Assembly (NCBI GenBank): GCA_047285805.1
Contig: JBJBCN010000003.1
Location: 704,001 to 768,000, forward strand
Source of the DNA: Synechococcus sp.
Lineage (GTDB): Bacteria; Cyanobacteriota; Cyanobacteriia; PCC-6307; Cyanobiaceae
Direction of reading: 5' to 3'
DNA: 64,000 nt
In this document: positions 1 through 9,661 of the stretch, one piece after another
How positions within the stretch are numbered: the stretch's first letter is position 1
Layout of the letters: the number at the start of each line of letters is the position of its first letter
Program-made: the position numbers and the translations under genes
The notes under the pieces: model-generated
The model's input: the letters and a program-made list of their open reading frames with translations, nothing else
The model's database searches: none
Told to the model about the DNA's origin: nothing

Positions 1-143
1 GAATTCCTGTTCTGCTCGCAGAACCTGAGTCCTTAAACCCTGCCGAGGTGTCCGCGACGGTCTTTCCCACCAGGGCTCCCACGGGAGTTCGGCTTGGGTG
101 AAGCAAGCCGCAGCCCCTCGAGTGCCAATCGGTACTGGGGTTG
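1..143 (+). promoter_or_regulatory. Ribosomal protein L10 leader-like structured 5' UTR (5' part probably outside the window)
   Basis: Directly upstream of rpl[16 protein letters not shown] (34-48) resembles the 3' strand of the L10 leader. Hairpins at 9-24, 74-89, 90-110 and 111-143. Confidence 0.6.
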
Positions 144-179
144 CGTACCCGGCTTGTTCCCCTGATCCGATCCTTAACC

Positions 180-713
180 ATGGGCCGCACTCTGGAGAAC
201 AAGCAACAGATCGTCGAAGAGCTGAAGCAGCTCCTTGGCGAGGCCGAAATGGCGCTGGTCCTTGATTACAAGGGTCTGTCCATCAAGGAAATGTCTGATC
301 TGCGGACCCGTCTGCAGGCCAGCAGCGGTGTGTGCAAGGTGACCAAAAACACCTTGATGCGCCGTGCCATTGATGGCAATAGCGCTTGGTCGGAACTCGA
401 TTCCCTCCTCACCGGCACCAATGCTTTCGTGCTCGTTAAGGGCGACGTGGGCGGTGCCGTGAAGGCCGTTCAGACCTTCCAGAAGGAGACCAAGAAATCG
501 GAGACGAAGGGAGGCCTTTTCGAAGGCAAGCTCCTTTCCCAATCCGAAATCAAGGCCATCGGGGATCTGCCCTCCAAGGAGGTGCTCATGGCGCAGATCG
601 CAGGTGCGATCAACGCCGTGGCCACCAAGGTGGCTGTGGGCATCAACGAAGTTCCTTCCGGTCTTGCTCGGGCGCTCAAGCAGCACGCCGATGGCGAGGG
701 CAAGGCCGACTGA
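180..713 (+). CDS. rplJ: 50S ribosomal protein L10
   Basis: [16 protein letters not shown]...[10 protein letters not shown]...LPSKEVL; ATG at 180; precedes rplL. Confidence 0.98.
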   Translation: MGRTLENKQQIVEELKQLLGEAEMALVLDYKGLSIKEMSDLRTRLQASSGVCKVTKNTLMRRAIDGNSAWSELDSLLTGTNAFVLVKGDVGGAVKAVQTFQKETKKSETKGGLFEGKLLSQSEIKAIGDLPSKEVLMAQIAGAINAVATKVAVGINEVPSGLARALKQHADGEGKAD

Positions 714-775
714 GGCCTGCTCTGCTGAGCTCTCCGATCCGACTGTTTACACAGATCTGTTGCTGATTCCCAACC

Positions 776-1165
776 ATGTCTGCTACTACCGACCAAATCC
801 TCGAGCAGCTGAAGTCCCTCTCCCTGCTGGAAGCCTCTGAGCTTGTCAAGCAGATCGAAGAGGCCTTCGGTGTGTCCGCCGCCGCTTCCGCTGGCGTCGT
901 GATGGCTGCCCCCGGCGCTGCTGCTGGCGGCGGTGAAGCTGCTGAAGAGAAGACCGAGTTCGACGTCCACCTCGAGGGCTTCGACGCGGCTGCCAAGATC
1001 AAGGTCCTGAAGGCCGTCCGCGAGGCCACCGGCCTGGGTCTGGGCGAAGCCAAGGCTCTTGTCGAAGGCGCTCCCTGCAACGTCAAGGAAGGCGTGGCCA
1101 AGGCTGATGCCGAAGCCATGAAGAAGTCCATCGAAGAGGCTGGCGGCAAGGTCTCCCTCAAGTGA
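776..1165 (+). CDS. rplL: 50S ribosomal protein L7/L12
   Basis: [20 protein letters not shown]...EEKTEFDV...[12 protein letters not shown]. Confidence 0.99.
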   Translation: MSATTDQILEQLKSLSLLEASELVKQIEEAFGVSAAASAGVVMAAPGAAAGGGEAAEEKTEFDVHLEGFDAAAKIKVLKAVREATGLGLGEAKALVEGAPCNVKEGVAKADAEAMKKSIEEAGGKVSLK

Positions 1166-1204
1166 TCCCGCCGTGGGCGGCCTTGGCGGCCCACTCCTTT
1201 CTCC

Positions 1205-1233
1205 AACCGGTCCCTGCGGGGGCCGGTTTTTTT
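1205..1233 (+). terminator. Intrinsic terminator of rplJL
   Basis: AACCGGTCCC-TGCG-GGGGCCGGTT hairpin followed by a T run. Confidence 0.9.
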
Positions 1234-1255
1234 ATGGCGGCTGTCGGCTGGGCAA

Positions 1256-1284
1256 TAAAAAAGCCCCGCCGAAGGCAGGGCTTT
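1256..1284 (-). terminator. Intrinsic terminator of the Yfr2-like RNA
   Basis: The hairpin pairs fully (one G-U) only on the minus strand and is followed by a U tract. Confidence 0.85.
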
Positions 1285-1352
1285 GAGTCGGAACGCTTCC
1301 GGGAGTCTGTCCTCGTTTCGACCCCGGAAGTGGTGTTCCGTACTCCTCACAC
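1256..1352 (-). ncRNA. yfr2: Yfr2-family cyanobacterial small RNA
   Basis: Minus strand starts GTGTGAGGAGT, then a long stem with a GAAACGAGGACA loop, then its own terminator AAAGCCCTGCC-TTC-GGCGGGGCTTTTTT. Confidence 0.85.
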
Positions 1353-1358
1353 TTAAAA

Positions 1359-1364
1359 AAACTA
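1359..1364 (-). promoter_or_regulatory. Putative -10 element (TAGTTT) of the Yfr2-like RNA
   Basis: TAnnnT hexamer separated by 6 nt from the predicted +1 G at 1352. Confidence 0.6.
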
Positions 1365-1419
1365 CAGCCAGCGAAAAGAGTAGGTAGCGGCGGAGGACCG
1401 CTGTCTCAACTGTCCCTGA

Positions 1420-2085
1420 TCAGAATCGTCGTGCCTGTCCGCCGTAGGGGATGACCTGCAGGGCGACCGGGCCCTTGCCCAGGCGGGTGTTGCCATAGCT
1501 CGCCACCGGGCGCGCTTGGTTCCGTTCCGCCTGGGCAATCAGCCCATCCAGGGGCTGGGGGTTGGCGAAATAGACGTGGCTGAGGCTCCGCTCGCCGTAC
1601 ATCCGTCGCTCGAGTTGCCAGCCCGGCTCCAGCTTGAGGGTGACAAAGCCACTCCGGTCTCGCAGGGGAATGGCCCCCCGACCCACGACCAACTCCGTGG
1701 GGTGGCTGCCGGACATGGCGAGCAGCACCAAAGTGTTGCCTTGGCTCTCAAGCCGCAGGCGATAACGGGGGGAGACATCGTTATCGCCGACTCGCAGCGA
1801 ATAGCCATTGCTGTCGAGGTAGCGGCTGCAGATCCCGCTGAAGTTGAAGCGGTTCAGGGCCGGATCGATCAAGCCATCCCGTCGCTCCCCCCAGCACTTC
1901 GGTGCTGGCTTGAGCTGCTCCAGCACGACCAACTTCCAGCCCTGGCTGCCCACCGGTTGCCCCAGGACGGCCAGGCGCTCTCGCTCGAGGGGTTGGCTCT
2001 GGAAGACGCCCGCGGCCGCTTGGCTGCCCACCAGGCCTGCGCTGAGCAGAGCGAGGCCCGTCCACGGGAGGTAGCTTCGCTGCAT
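1420..2085 (-). CDS. DUF3747-family exported protein
   Basis: Signal-like N-terminus; LVVLEQ...CW...FNFSGICSRYLDSNGYSLR motif. Confidence 0.85.
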   Translation of the reverse strand: MQRSYLPWTGLALLSAGLVGSQAAAGVFQSQPLERERLAVLGQPVGSQGWKLVVLEQLKPAPKCWGERRDGLIDPALNRFNFSGICSRYLDSNGYSLRVGDNDVSPRYRLRLESQGNTLVLLAMSGSHPTELVVGRGAIPLRDRSGFVTLKLEPGWQLERRMYGERSLSHVYFANPQPLDGLIAQAERNQARPVASYGNTRLGKGPVALQVIPYGGQARRF

Positions 2086-2146
2086 GGGATGTCTCCTTGG
2101 CTCCTGACGAGAGCTGTGTTGTACCGGATGTTGTGGGGCAAGCCCA

Positions 2147-2905
2147 GTGGTGAGTGATACGCCCAAGGTGGTGGCCGCCGCCTGCGACGGGGCCTGCAGT
2201 GGCAATCCAGGTCCAGGCGGCTGGGGCTGTTTGCTGCGCTTTGACGACGGCAGCGTCCGGGAATTCGGTGGGGCCGATGCCAACACCACGAACAACCGCA
2301 TGGAGCTCAGGGCGGCCCTGACCCTGCTGGAGCAGTTGGCGGTGCTGCCCCGTCACCCCGATCTGAGCATCCGCACGGACTCCAAGTACCTGATCGACGG
2401 CTTCAGCAAGTGGATCATCGGCTGGAAGCGCAAGGGCTGGCGGACCGCCTCCGGCAGTCCCGTCCTCAACCGCGACCTTTGGGAGGCCCTCGATGCCGCC
2501 CGGATTCAGGGGTTGTCCCTGACCTACGTGAAGGGCCACAGCGGTGACCCGGACAACGACCGCTGTGATGTAATCGCGGTGTCTTTCTCGAAAGGCCAGT
2601 CCATCAGACTGGCCGCCGGTGAAGTCGTGGCCACTCCCCCTGCGCCCGATGTGGCTCCCCCGGCCCTGGAGCAGTTGCTGACACGCCTGGAGCTGGCGGA
2701 TCGCCTGGCTGCTGGCGAGTATGGCCTGAGCCTGATGGAGCTGGCACAGCTGGTCGAGAAGCCCCTGAAGACCCTGGAGGGGCGTGAGGGGCCGTGGCGC
2801 TGGCGCGACTGGCAGGTCCTGCCTCTGGAGGACGGACGCTGGCGTCTATGCCGTGACGCGTCAGGATCAGGGGTGCCCCATGGCGAGGAGCGAGGAGATG
2901 GCTGA
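2147..2905 (+). CDS. rnhA: Ribonuclease HI with C-terminal extension
   Basis: [41 protein letters not shown]. Confidence 0.96.
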   Translation: MVSDTPKVVAAACDGACSGNPGPGGWGCLLRFDDGSVREFGGADANTTNNRMELRAALTLLEQLAVLPRHPDLSIRTDSKYLIDGFSKWIIGWKRKGWRTASGSPVLNRDLWEALDAARIQGLSLTYVKGHSGDPDNDRCDVIAVSFSKGQSIRLAAGEVVATPPAPDVAPPALEQLLTRLELADRLAAGEYGLSLMELAQLVEKPLKTLEGREGPWRWRDWQVLPLEDGRWRLCRDASGSGVPHGEERGDG

Positions 2906-4058
2906 GGTCGGCACTGGATCGCTTTATCAGCGTTTTGTGGGCCCCCTGCTCAGCCGTGATGACGGGGCGGATGCCGAGCAGCTGAGCCAGCTGACCCTGC
3001 AGGCCCTCGGTCAGGCTTCGCTGCGTCGCAATTGGCCTCTGGTCAGCAGCTCACTGGCGGGACTGGGGGCGGAACTGCAGCGCAAGGACTTAAGGCTCGA
3101 GCAGACCCTGTTCGGCTGCCGCTTCCTCAATCCGGTCGGCCTGGCGGCCGGCTTTGACAAGAACGCCGTCGCCGCGGGCATCTGGCACCTCTTTGGCTTT
3201 GGCTTTGCCGAGCTCGGGACGATCACCTGGCACGCTCAGCCTGGCAATCCCCGGCCCCGCCTGTTCCGCCTGGCCGAAGAGCGAGCCGCCCTGAATCGGA
3301 TGGGGTTCAACAACCAGGGGGCCCAGGCCGCGCGGCGCATCCTGGAACGCCAGGCCCTGCCCGCGGCCGGTCAGCGCCCCGCGGTCCTGGGGATCAACCT
3401 GGGCAAGTCCAAGGTCACCTCCCTGGACCTGGCCCCGGACGACTACGCCTCCTCCCTGGAGCTGCTGGCTCCCCTGGCGGATTACGCGGTCATCAATGTC
3501 AGTTCCCCCAACACCCCTGGTCTGCGGGAGCTCCAGGACGAAGTGCAGTTGCGCCGCCTCGTGGAGCGGCTGCGGCGCCTGCCGGCATGCCCGCCCTTGC
3601 TGGTGAAGATCGCTCCCGACCTGGAGGACGATGCGATCGATGCCATTGCCCGCCTGGCCTACGAGGAGGGCCTGGCCGGTGTGATCGCGGTCAACACCAG
3701 CCTGAATCGTCAGGGTCTGGAGGGCCGTCGGCTGGCCCAGACCGGCAAGACCCTGGCCGAGGAAGCGGGGGGCTTGAGTGGTGCGCCCCTGCGGCAGCGG
3801 GCCCTGGAGGTGATGCGTCGCCTGCGGGTGACCGCGGGCCCAAGCCTTCCCTTGATCGGGGTGGGAGGAATCGATTCCCCGGAGTCCGCCTGGGAGCGGA
3901 TCACCGCGGGCGCCTCCCTAGTGCAGCTCTACACTGGTTGGATCTACGGCGGACCGGCCCTCGTTCCCGAGATCCTGGAGGGTCTGAGCGCGCAGCTCGA
4001 TCGTCACGGCTTCCGCAACATCAACGAAGCCGTGGGCTCTGGGGTGCCCTGGAGCTGA
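2898..4058 (+). CDS. pyrD: Quinone-dependent dihydroorotate dehydrogenase
   Basis: [43 protein letters not shown]. Confidence 0.97.
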   Translation: MAEVGTGSLYQRFVGPLLSRDDGADAEQLSQLTLQALGQASLRRNWPLVSSSLAGLGAELQRKDLRLEQTLFGCRFLNPVGLAAGFDKNAVAAGIWHLFGFGFAELGTITWHAQPGNPRPRLFRLAEERAALNRMGFNNQGAQAARRILERQALPAAGQRPAVLGINLGKSKVTSLDLAPDDYASSLELLAPLADYAVINVSSPNTPGLRELQDEVQLRRLVERLRRLPACPPLLVKIAPDLEDDAIDAIARLAYEEGLAGVIAVNTSLNRQGLEGRRLAQTGKTLAEEAGGLSGAPLRQRALEVMRRLRVTAGPSLPLIGVGGIDSPESAWERITAGASLVQLYTGWIYGGPALVPEILEGLSAQLDRHGFRNINEAVGSGVPWS

Positions 4059-4096
4059 AGTCTCGATAGCTTGCGGCTAGAGCAAGCGGTAGGCGA

Positions 4097-4258
4097 GTGG
4101 TGCTCGCAGGAGTTCAAGAGCGCTTTGGCCCCTTGCAAGCGTGGCTGTTCCCCCAGCGCGTCTACCTCGAGCTGCAGGATTAGGCGATCACCGCGATGGT
4201 CCTGGATGGCCGGCGGCTGACTTGGCTGGATCAGTTGACCCTGCCGCCAGGCTGGTGA
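4097..4258 (+). pseudogene. 5' remnant of a gene, possibly a PilM-like pilus assembly protein
   Basis: MVLAGVQERFGPLQAWLFPQRVYLELQD*AITAMVLDGRRLTWLDQLTLPPG with in-frame TAG at 4181-4183; ends abruptly where it meets the opposite-strand remnant. PilM-like identity is from recollection only. Confidence 0.5.
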
Positions 4259-4507
4259 AACGCAGGTTGCTCTCGCGCAGGTCAGCCCCATCGAGTCTCG
4301 CGCCGCTCAGGTTGGTTCGCTCCAGTTGGGCTTCCTTCAGACGGGTATCGCGCAGATCGGCATGGACCAGATCGGCGTCCTGCAGCATGCAGCGCTCACA
4401 GGCCCGATGATCCAGGGTGCGCATCAGAGCTGGTCGTCGGCGGCCCAGGCGGCGTCAGTCCCCAAAAGGAGAACCAAGCTCGCGAGTGAGGGGCGCAGGC
4501 GAGCCAT
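4241..4507 (-). pseudogene. Truncated, frameshifted pentapeptide-repeat protein
   Basis: Signal peptide MARLRPSLASLVLLLGTDAAWA (ATG 4507) is out of frame with CERCMLQDADLVHADLRDTRLKEAQLERTNLSGARLDGADLRESNLRFTSLA; repeats stop at about 4245. Confidence 0.8.
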
Positions 4508-4574
4508 GGGCTTGTGCGGCCGAACTGGCGCCGTTCTAACGGTCTTGGCTCCCCCCGTCGATCAGGCTGGTGGG

Positions 4575-5642
4575 ATGGAAGCCCACGGCGGCAATTTGGA
4601 GGCCACGGCTCGGCGCTTGGGGTGCCGGCCTGATCAGATCCTCGATGCCAGTGCCTCCCTGGCACCCTTTGCCCTGCCGCGGGCGGCCCGCCGTGCCCTG
4701 CGCCAGGTGGACCTGCGGGCCTACCCCGACCGCAGCCATTGGCGCCTACGCCAGCAGATCGCCCAGCTGCATCGCCTCGCTCCCGAGGCGGTGCTCCCCG
4801 GCAATGGTGCGGCCGAACTCTTCACTTGGGCGGCCCGTGATGCGGCTAGCAGCGGTGTCTCCCTCCTGCCCCAGCCCGGCTTCGCCGACTACGGGCGCAG
4901 CCTGCAGTGCTGGGGCGGAAAGCAGCGTTCATGGCCGCTTCCTCTGGAGTGGGCCGAGGCCTTCCCGCAGCCGTTTCCCGCTGCAGCAGCGGCTGAGGTG
5001 CTCTGGATCACCAATCCCCACAACCCCACCGGGCAGCTCTGGAGCCGGGGGTCCCTCGAGCCGCTCTTGGCGCGCCATCACCTTGTCATCTGCGACGAGG
5101 CCTTCTTGCCGTTGGTGCCGGGCGGTGAGCAGCAGTCCCTGATCCCCCTGGTTGCGCAGCACCCGAACCTGGTGGTGATCCGCAGCCTGACCAAGCTGTA
5201 CGGAATTGCTGGAGTCCGGTTGGGCTACGCCGTCGTCCAGCCCGAGCGGCTGCAGCGCTGGGCCCAGTGGCGGGATCCTTGGCCGATCAATGCTTGGGCT
5301 GGGGCCCTGGCCAATGCCTTGCTACGGAACCCGCGCGATTATGTGCGCTGGTGCGCCCGCGTGCAGTGCTGGGTCGCCCAGGAGGGCCAGTGGTTGCAGC
5401 AGCGCCTGCGGGCCTTGCCCGGCATCCACCCCTACCCTTCGGCGGTGAATTACCTCCTGCTCCGCGCCGAGCAGGGCTCGTTGCAACCGCTACGGGAGGC
5501 GTTAGAAAAGCGTCATCGCATCCTGGTGCGTGATTGTCGCTCCTTCGCGGGGCTGGGGGAGTCTTGGTTGCGGATCGGCCTTCAGGACCGTGCCGGCAAC
5601 AGGCGGCTGCTGCGGGCCCTAGGCACTGAGCTCCTGCAGTAG
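4575..5642 (+). CDS. cobD: Threonine-phosphate decarboxylase (CobD/CobC-like PLP enzyme)
   Basis: HGGN start, [34 protein letters not shown]. Confidence 0.85.
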   Translation: MEAHGGNLEATARRLGCRPDQILDASASLAPFALPRAARRALRQVDLRAYPDRSHWRLRQQIAQLHRLAPEAVLPGNGAAELFTWAARDAASSGVSLLPQPGFADYGRSLQCWGGKQRSWPLPLEWAEAFPQPFPAAAAAEVLWITNPHNPTGQLWSRGSLEPLLARHHLVICDEAFLPLVPGGEQQSLIPLVAQHPNLVVIRSLTKLYGIAGVRLGYAVVQPERLQRWAQWRDPWPINAWAGALANALLRNPRDYVRWCARVQCWVAQEGQWLQQRLRALPGIHPYPSAVNYLLLRAEQGSLQPLREALEKRHRILVRDCRSFAGLGESWLRIGLQDRAGNRRLLRALGTELLQ

Positions 5643-6695
5643 TTCTGCAATCAGTCCTTCCGCATCGCGGACCGCCAGGCGCTCCATCCCGCGCCGCAGG
5701 TGCAGCAGCGGATCAATCCCTGGGCCAGCCCCCCGCAGCCGCGGACCCAGCAGGCGCCAAACCGTTTGCGCCAGGGCGGGATGCTCGGGGGGGTGCTGCC
5801 AGACGATTACCGCCGCACCGACGGCCGCGGCGGCACCGGCGTTGGCGTCTTGATGTTTGTCCGCCGCTTGGGGGTAGGGGACCAGGATGGTTGGGCTCCC
5901 GCAGACCGCCAATTCGCTCAAGCTGCCGGCACCGGCCCGGCTGATCACCAGATCGGCGTGTTGCAGCAACCCGGCTACCTCATCGCTGAAGGGGCGCTCG
6001 GCGTAGAGGGGATGGTGGAGCGTCCCGCTCTCGGGGTCGTTGCTCCCGCTGAGGTGCACCACCCGGCAGCCCAACTCCAGCAACCGGGGCAGCAGCGGCC
6101 GCACCATCCGGTTGAGCCCCACAGCCCCTTGGCTGCCGCCCATCACCAGCAGCAGCGGGCCGGATCCCTGGGGCACCCAACCGGGGAGGGCTGCTGGTTG
6201 AAGAAACGCGCGCCGCACCGGGGTGCCCGTGACCCGCGGGCGGAACCCCTGCAGGCGCTCCGCCGCTTGCGGCAGTCCGACGGCGACTTGGCTGCAGAGC
6301 CGTCCAAACAGCCGCGTCACTTTCCCGGGGATGCCATTGGATTCATGCAGCACCACCGGCACCCCACACCAGCGGGCCGCGAGGATTGCCGGTGCTGCGA
6401 TGTAGCCGCCGGTACTGAAGACCAGGCGGATCCGCTCCCGGCGGAGTAGACGACGGACCGCAACGGTTGCGCCCAGCAGGCGCAACAGGTTGTAGAGCTT
6501 GCGCAGACCCCGTCCCTGGAGGCCACCGGCTTCAACGGTGTGCAGCCCGATGCTGCTCGGCACCAGCTCGGTCTCCAGCCGATCGGGGACCCCCAACCAC
6601 TGGACCTCCCAATCGGAGGGCAGCGCCTGGGCGACCGCGAGGGCTGGGAAGAGATGCCCGCCGGTGCCGCTGGCAGCGATCAACAGGCGTGACAT
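5619..6695 (-). CDS. murG: Undecaprenyl-PP-MurNAc-pentapeptide GlcNAc transferase
   Basis: [38 protein letters not shown]. Confidence 0.96.
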   Translation of the reverse strand: MSRLLIAASGTGGHLFPALAVAQALPSDWEVQWLGVPDRLETELVPSSIGLHTVEAGGLQGRGLRKLYNLLRLLGATVAVRRLLRRERIRLVFSTGGYIAAPAILAARWCGVPVVLHESNGIPGKVTRLFGRLCSQVAVGLPQAAERLQGFRPRVTGTPVRRAFLQPAALPGWVPQGSGPLLLVMGGSQGAVGLNRMVRPLLPRLLELGCRVVHLSGSNDPESGTLHHPLYAERPFSDEVAGLLQHADLVISRAGAGSLSELAVCGSPTILVPYPQAADKHQDANAGAAAAVGAAVIVWQHPPEHPALAQTVWRLLGPRLRGAGPGIDPLLHLRRGMERLAVRDAEGLIAELLQELSA

Positions 6696-6748
6696 GGGCA
6701 TCACTGATAAGCGCGCCTAACTTAAGGGCACCTCCCCGTTGAGCTCCC

Positions 6749-7483
6749 GTGCAGTTGCGCTCTCTTCTGACTGCCGCCATTGCTCTGACCGGGTTGGCCC
6801 TGGGCTCGCCCCTTCGGGCAGCTCCGAGTCTTCAGGCGTTGCAGGACGCCCTCAATAACGGCTCCGCCGCGGAGATCTCCGCCTTGATGGAGGCCGGCAA
6901 TGGCCTCGATCCCGAGCTGGTCTTGCAGCGCCGCAATTTCCTGCGGGCCCAGTTCCCCGATGCCAGTTGGCAGGTCAGCCCAGGTGTCTCTCTGAAGGAC
7001 GGACGGGCCACCACCCTGGTCACTGTCGCGGGTAGCCGTAACCAGGGTCCCTACAAATTCCGCTTTGAAGCCACCCAGAAACTGGTGCTCGGCAGCAGTG
7101 GAGAGCGCTTCAACAGCCAGGACGTGATCGAATCCAATTCGATCCTGCGCAGCGGTGATCCCAACTTGAGGGTCAGCCTGCTGATCCCCGACGCCGTGTT
7201 GACCGGGCAGCGCTACGACCTCGACGTGATCTTTGACGACCCCCTCAACGGTGCCGTGGTGGCCGGTGCGATCAAGCCCGTCACCGTCAGTGAGCTGCTG
7301 CGCCTGCAGGCACCCGACTTGCAGCTTGAGGCCCTCGGCGGTGGTGGTCTGTTTAAGACCGTGCAGGCGCCCTTCCTGCCCGGAAGTCAGACCTGGGCGG
7401 TGCTCTTGGTGCACCCCAAGGGGATCGTCGCGGCCTCCAAGCAGGTGCGGGTGGTGACGAAGCGCTCCGACCTCACCCTTTGA
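6749..7483 (+). CDS. Conserved exported hypothetical protein
   Basis: Signal peptide; PDAVLTGQRYDLDVIFDDPL and GGGGLFK motifs; fills the gap between genes. Confidence 0.75.
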   Translation: MQLRSLLTAAIALTGLALGSPLRAAPSLQALQDALNNGSAAEISALMEAGNGLDPELVLQRRNFLRAQFPDASWQVSPGVSLKDGRATTLVTVAGSRNQGPYKFRFEATQKLVLGSSGERFNSQDVIESNSILRSGDPNLRVSLLIPDAVLTGQRYDLDVIFDDPLNGAVVAGAIKPVTVSELLRLQAPDLQLEALGGGGLFKTVQAPFLPGSQTWAVLLVHPKGIVAASKQVRVVTKRSDLTL

Positions 7484-8342
7484 ACCAGCGGGCCAGCGCC
7501 GAGACATCCAGCTCGCCGCAGCCCTGATCGATCAGGTCGTCTTCAATGGCGGCCACCTGTTCGCAGACCGGCAGCTCTAACTGGGCCTCTGCCGCGGCGT
7601 TTAGGGCGATACCGAGGTCCTTGCGGTGCAAGGCCAACTTGAACCCCAATGGATAGGAGTCGTTGATCATCTGTTGGCTTCTGTTCTCCAGGGCCCAGGA
7701 GCCAGCGGCGCCACCCTTCAGGGCTTCCACCAGGGGTTTAGGGGGTAGCCCCAGGCAATCGGCGAGGGCCAAGGCTTCAGCGACGGCGGCGTAGCTCCCG
7801 GCCACCAGCACCTGATTGACGGCTTTGGCCTGTTGCCCCCCGCCAACGGGGCCGAAGTGGTGCAGGCTGCCGCCGATCACCTCCAGGACGGGCCGGGCTC
7901 GCGCAAGGCACGCCGCGTCAGCCCCGATCAAGACCCGCAGGGTTCCCGCCTGGGCCCCTTCGGTGCCACCGGTGACGGGGGCATCGACGTAGCTCACCCC
8001 TTGGCTCGCTAGCTCCTGGGCCAGCCGTTGGCTGGTGCTTGGGCTGATGGTGGAGCAGTCGATCACCAGGGCCCCAGGCCTCAGGCTGGCTCGGGCGAGC
8101 GCCAACACCTCTTCGACAGCTTGGTCATCACTTAGGCAGAGCAGTAGCAGCGGTGAGGCTGCTGCCGCCTCAGCCACGGTCGCTGCCCGATGGGCCCCCG
8201 CTTCGGCCAGGGCTGTCGCGGGTTCGGGACTGCGGTTGAAGACGGTGACCCGCCAGCCGGCCTGCAGCAGGTTGCGGGCCATGGGGGCCCCAAGCGCCCC
8301 CAGGCCAATGCAGCTCACGGCGCCTGCCTGATCACTGGCCAT
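7473..8342 (-). CDS. NAD(P)-dependent oxidoreductase, 3-hydroxyisobutyrate dehydrogenase family
   Basis: IGLGALGAPMA, DCSTISP, DAPVTGG, AKAVNQ, KDLGIAL. Confidence 0.92.
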   Translation of the reverse strand: MASDQAGAVSCIGLGALGAPMARNLLQAGWRVTVFNRSPEPATALAEAGAHRAATVAEAAAASPLLLLCLSDDQAVEEVLALARASLRPGALVIDCSTISPSTSQRLAQELASQGVSYVDAPVTGGTEGAQAGTLRVLIGADAACLARARPVLEVIGGSLHHFGPVGGGQQAKAVNQVLVAGSYAAVAEALALADCLGLPPKPLVEALKGGAAGSWALENRSQQMINDSYPLGFKLALHRKDLGIALNAAAEAQLELPVCEQVAAIEDDLIDQGCGELDVSALARWFKG

Positions 8343-8790
8343 GGGCGGGTTTCGAGAGGGTGTTGAGTTCTTGGCGTTCCAGGCTGCCATCGCCATTGCG
8401 GTCGATGGCGTCGAAGTGTTTGCGCAGCCAGGGGTAGCCCTGGGCTTCCTGACGACCGATCCGGCCATCGCCGTTTTGATCGGCCTTGCGCAAGACCCGC
8501 TCGGCGCGCGGCGGCGGTTGCTGGCGGCTGGGTTTGAGATCGGCGGGGGCTAGGTACCCCCGCCGTTGTTGGTCGAGGCGCTCGAAATGGCGCTCGAGGT
8601 AGGGCTGCCCTTGGACTTCTTGGCGATCGAGCTGTCGGTTGCCGTCCCGGTCCAGTTGCTCGAAGAGCTGCTGCAGGCGCCGTTCGTAGGCCTTGATTTC
8701 CTCCGGCGTCTGGGCCTGCACGGCCAGGGAGTAGGTCATCAGCAGGCCGGCGCCAGCGGCAAACAGGAAACGGGAGCGGTGGCGCCTCAT
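8332..8790 (-). CDS. Secreted EF-hand Ca2+-binding protein
   Basis: Signal peptide ending AVQA; loops DRDGNRQLDRQE, DQQRRGYLAPAD (degenerate), DQNGDGRIGRQE, DRNGDGSLERQE. Confidence 0.88.
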   Translation of the reverse strand: MRRHRSRFLFAAGAGLLMTYSLAVQAQTPEEIKAYERRLQQLFEQLDRDGNRQLDRQEVQGQPYLERHFERLDQQRRGYLAPADLKPSRQQPPPRAERVLRKADQNGDGRIGRQEAQGYPWLRKHFDAIDRNGDGSLERQELNTLSKPAHGQ

Positions 8791-8920
8791 GGCATCAGGC
8801 TATGGAGTCCCCGTCCGGCGATCGGCCTGGTGGATCGGCAAGGTGTGACCAGATCTGTCTAGCGCGATTTCCGCGGCTCGATCTCCATACAGTCGGAAAT
8901 GACGTTGCGCCTGCAGACCC

Positions 8921-9661
8921 ATGGCCGTGCCTGCACGGAGCTCTCCCCAACGCATCTGGGTCGTGGATGACGATCCGGAGCAGCGGCGTTTGGTCGGCAC
9001 CTATCTGACCGACCAGGGCTACGACGTGCGCTGCCTGAGTAGTGGCGAACAACTCATGGTTCGGCTCGAGAGCCAACGACCCGATTTGGTCGTGCTCGAC
9101 GTGATGCTCCCCGGGGAGGACGGATTGACGCTGTTGCGCCGGCTGCGGGATGGCGGCGATGACTTGCCGGTGGTGATGCTGACGGCCAAAGGCGATGGCA
9201 TTGATCGGATCATTGGTCTGGAGCAGGGGGCCGATGACTACCTCGGTAAGCCTTTCCTGCCGCGAGAGCTGACGGCGCGGATTGAGGCGGTCCTGCGGCG
9301 CCGGGTGGCGCTGCCCGCCGGAACGCCCCTAGCGCAGGGCCAGCTGGTGGAGTTCGGTGAGAACCGGCTGGATTTGGCCAACCGCCGCCTGGAGCGCAAT
9401 GCCCAACCGGTCGTGATCACCAGTGGTGAGTTCAGCCTGTTGGCGGCCTTTGTGCAGCACCCCCATCGCCCCCTTTCCCGTGAACGCCTGATCGAGCTAG
9501 CCCGCGGACCGGAATCGGAGACCGATAGTCGCAGCATGGATGTGCAGATCTCCCGGGTCCGCAAGTTGGTGGAGCCCGATCCCTCCCGGCCCCGCTACCT
9601 GCAGACGGTCTGGGGGTACGGCTACGTCTTTGTGCCCGATGGCCAAGCACGCACCCGTTAA
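8921..9661 (+). CDS. OmpR-family response regulator
   Basis: VVDDD, LDVMLPGEDG, MLTAKG, GADDYLGKPF; winged helix DVQISRVRKLVEPDPSRPRYLQTVWGYGYVFVPDG. Confidence 0.95.
   Translation: MAVPARSSPQRIWVVDDDPEQRRLVGTYLTDQGYDVRCLSSGEQLMVRLESQRPDLVVLDVMLPGEDGLTLLRRLRDGGDDLPVVMLTAKGDGIDRIIGLEQGADDYLGKPFLPRELTARIEAVLRRRVALPAGTPLAQGQLVEFGENRLDLANRRLERNAQPVVITSGEFSLLAAFVQHPHRPLSRERLIELARGPESETDSRSMDVQISRVRKLVEPDPSRPRYLQTVWGYGYVFVPDGQARTR

Noticed and set aside
1342..1352. ACTCCTCACAC on the + strand, the Yfr1 core motif
   Set aside because: Promoter, terminator polarity and stem-loop all fit a minus-strand Yfr2 RNA whose 5' end is this motif's complement.
1162..1356. 64-aa ORF after rplL
   Set aside because: Runs through two terminators and the sRNA; no protein-like features.
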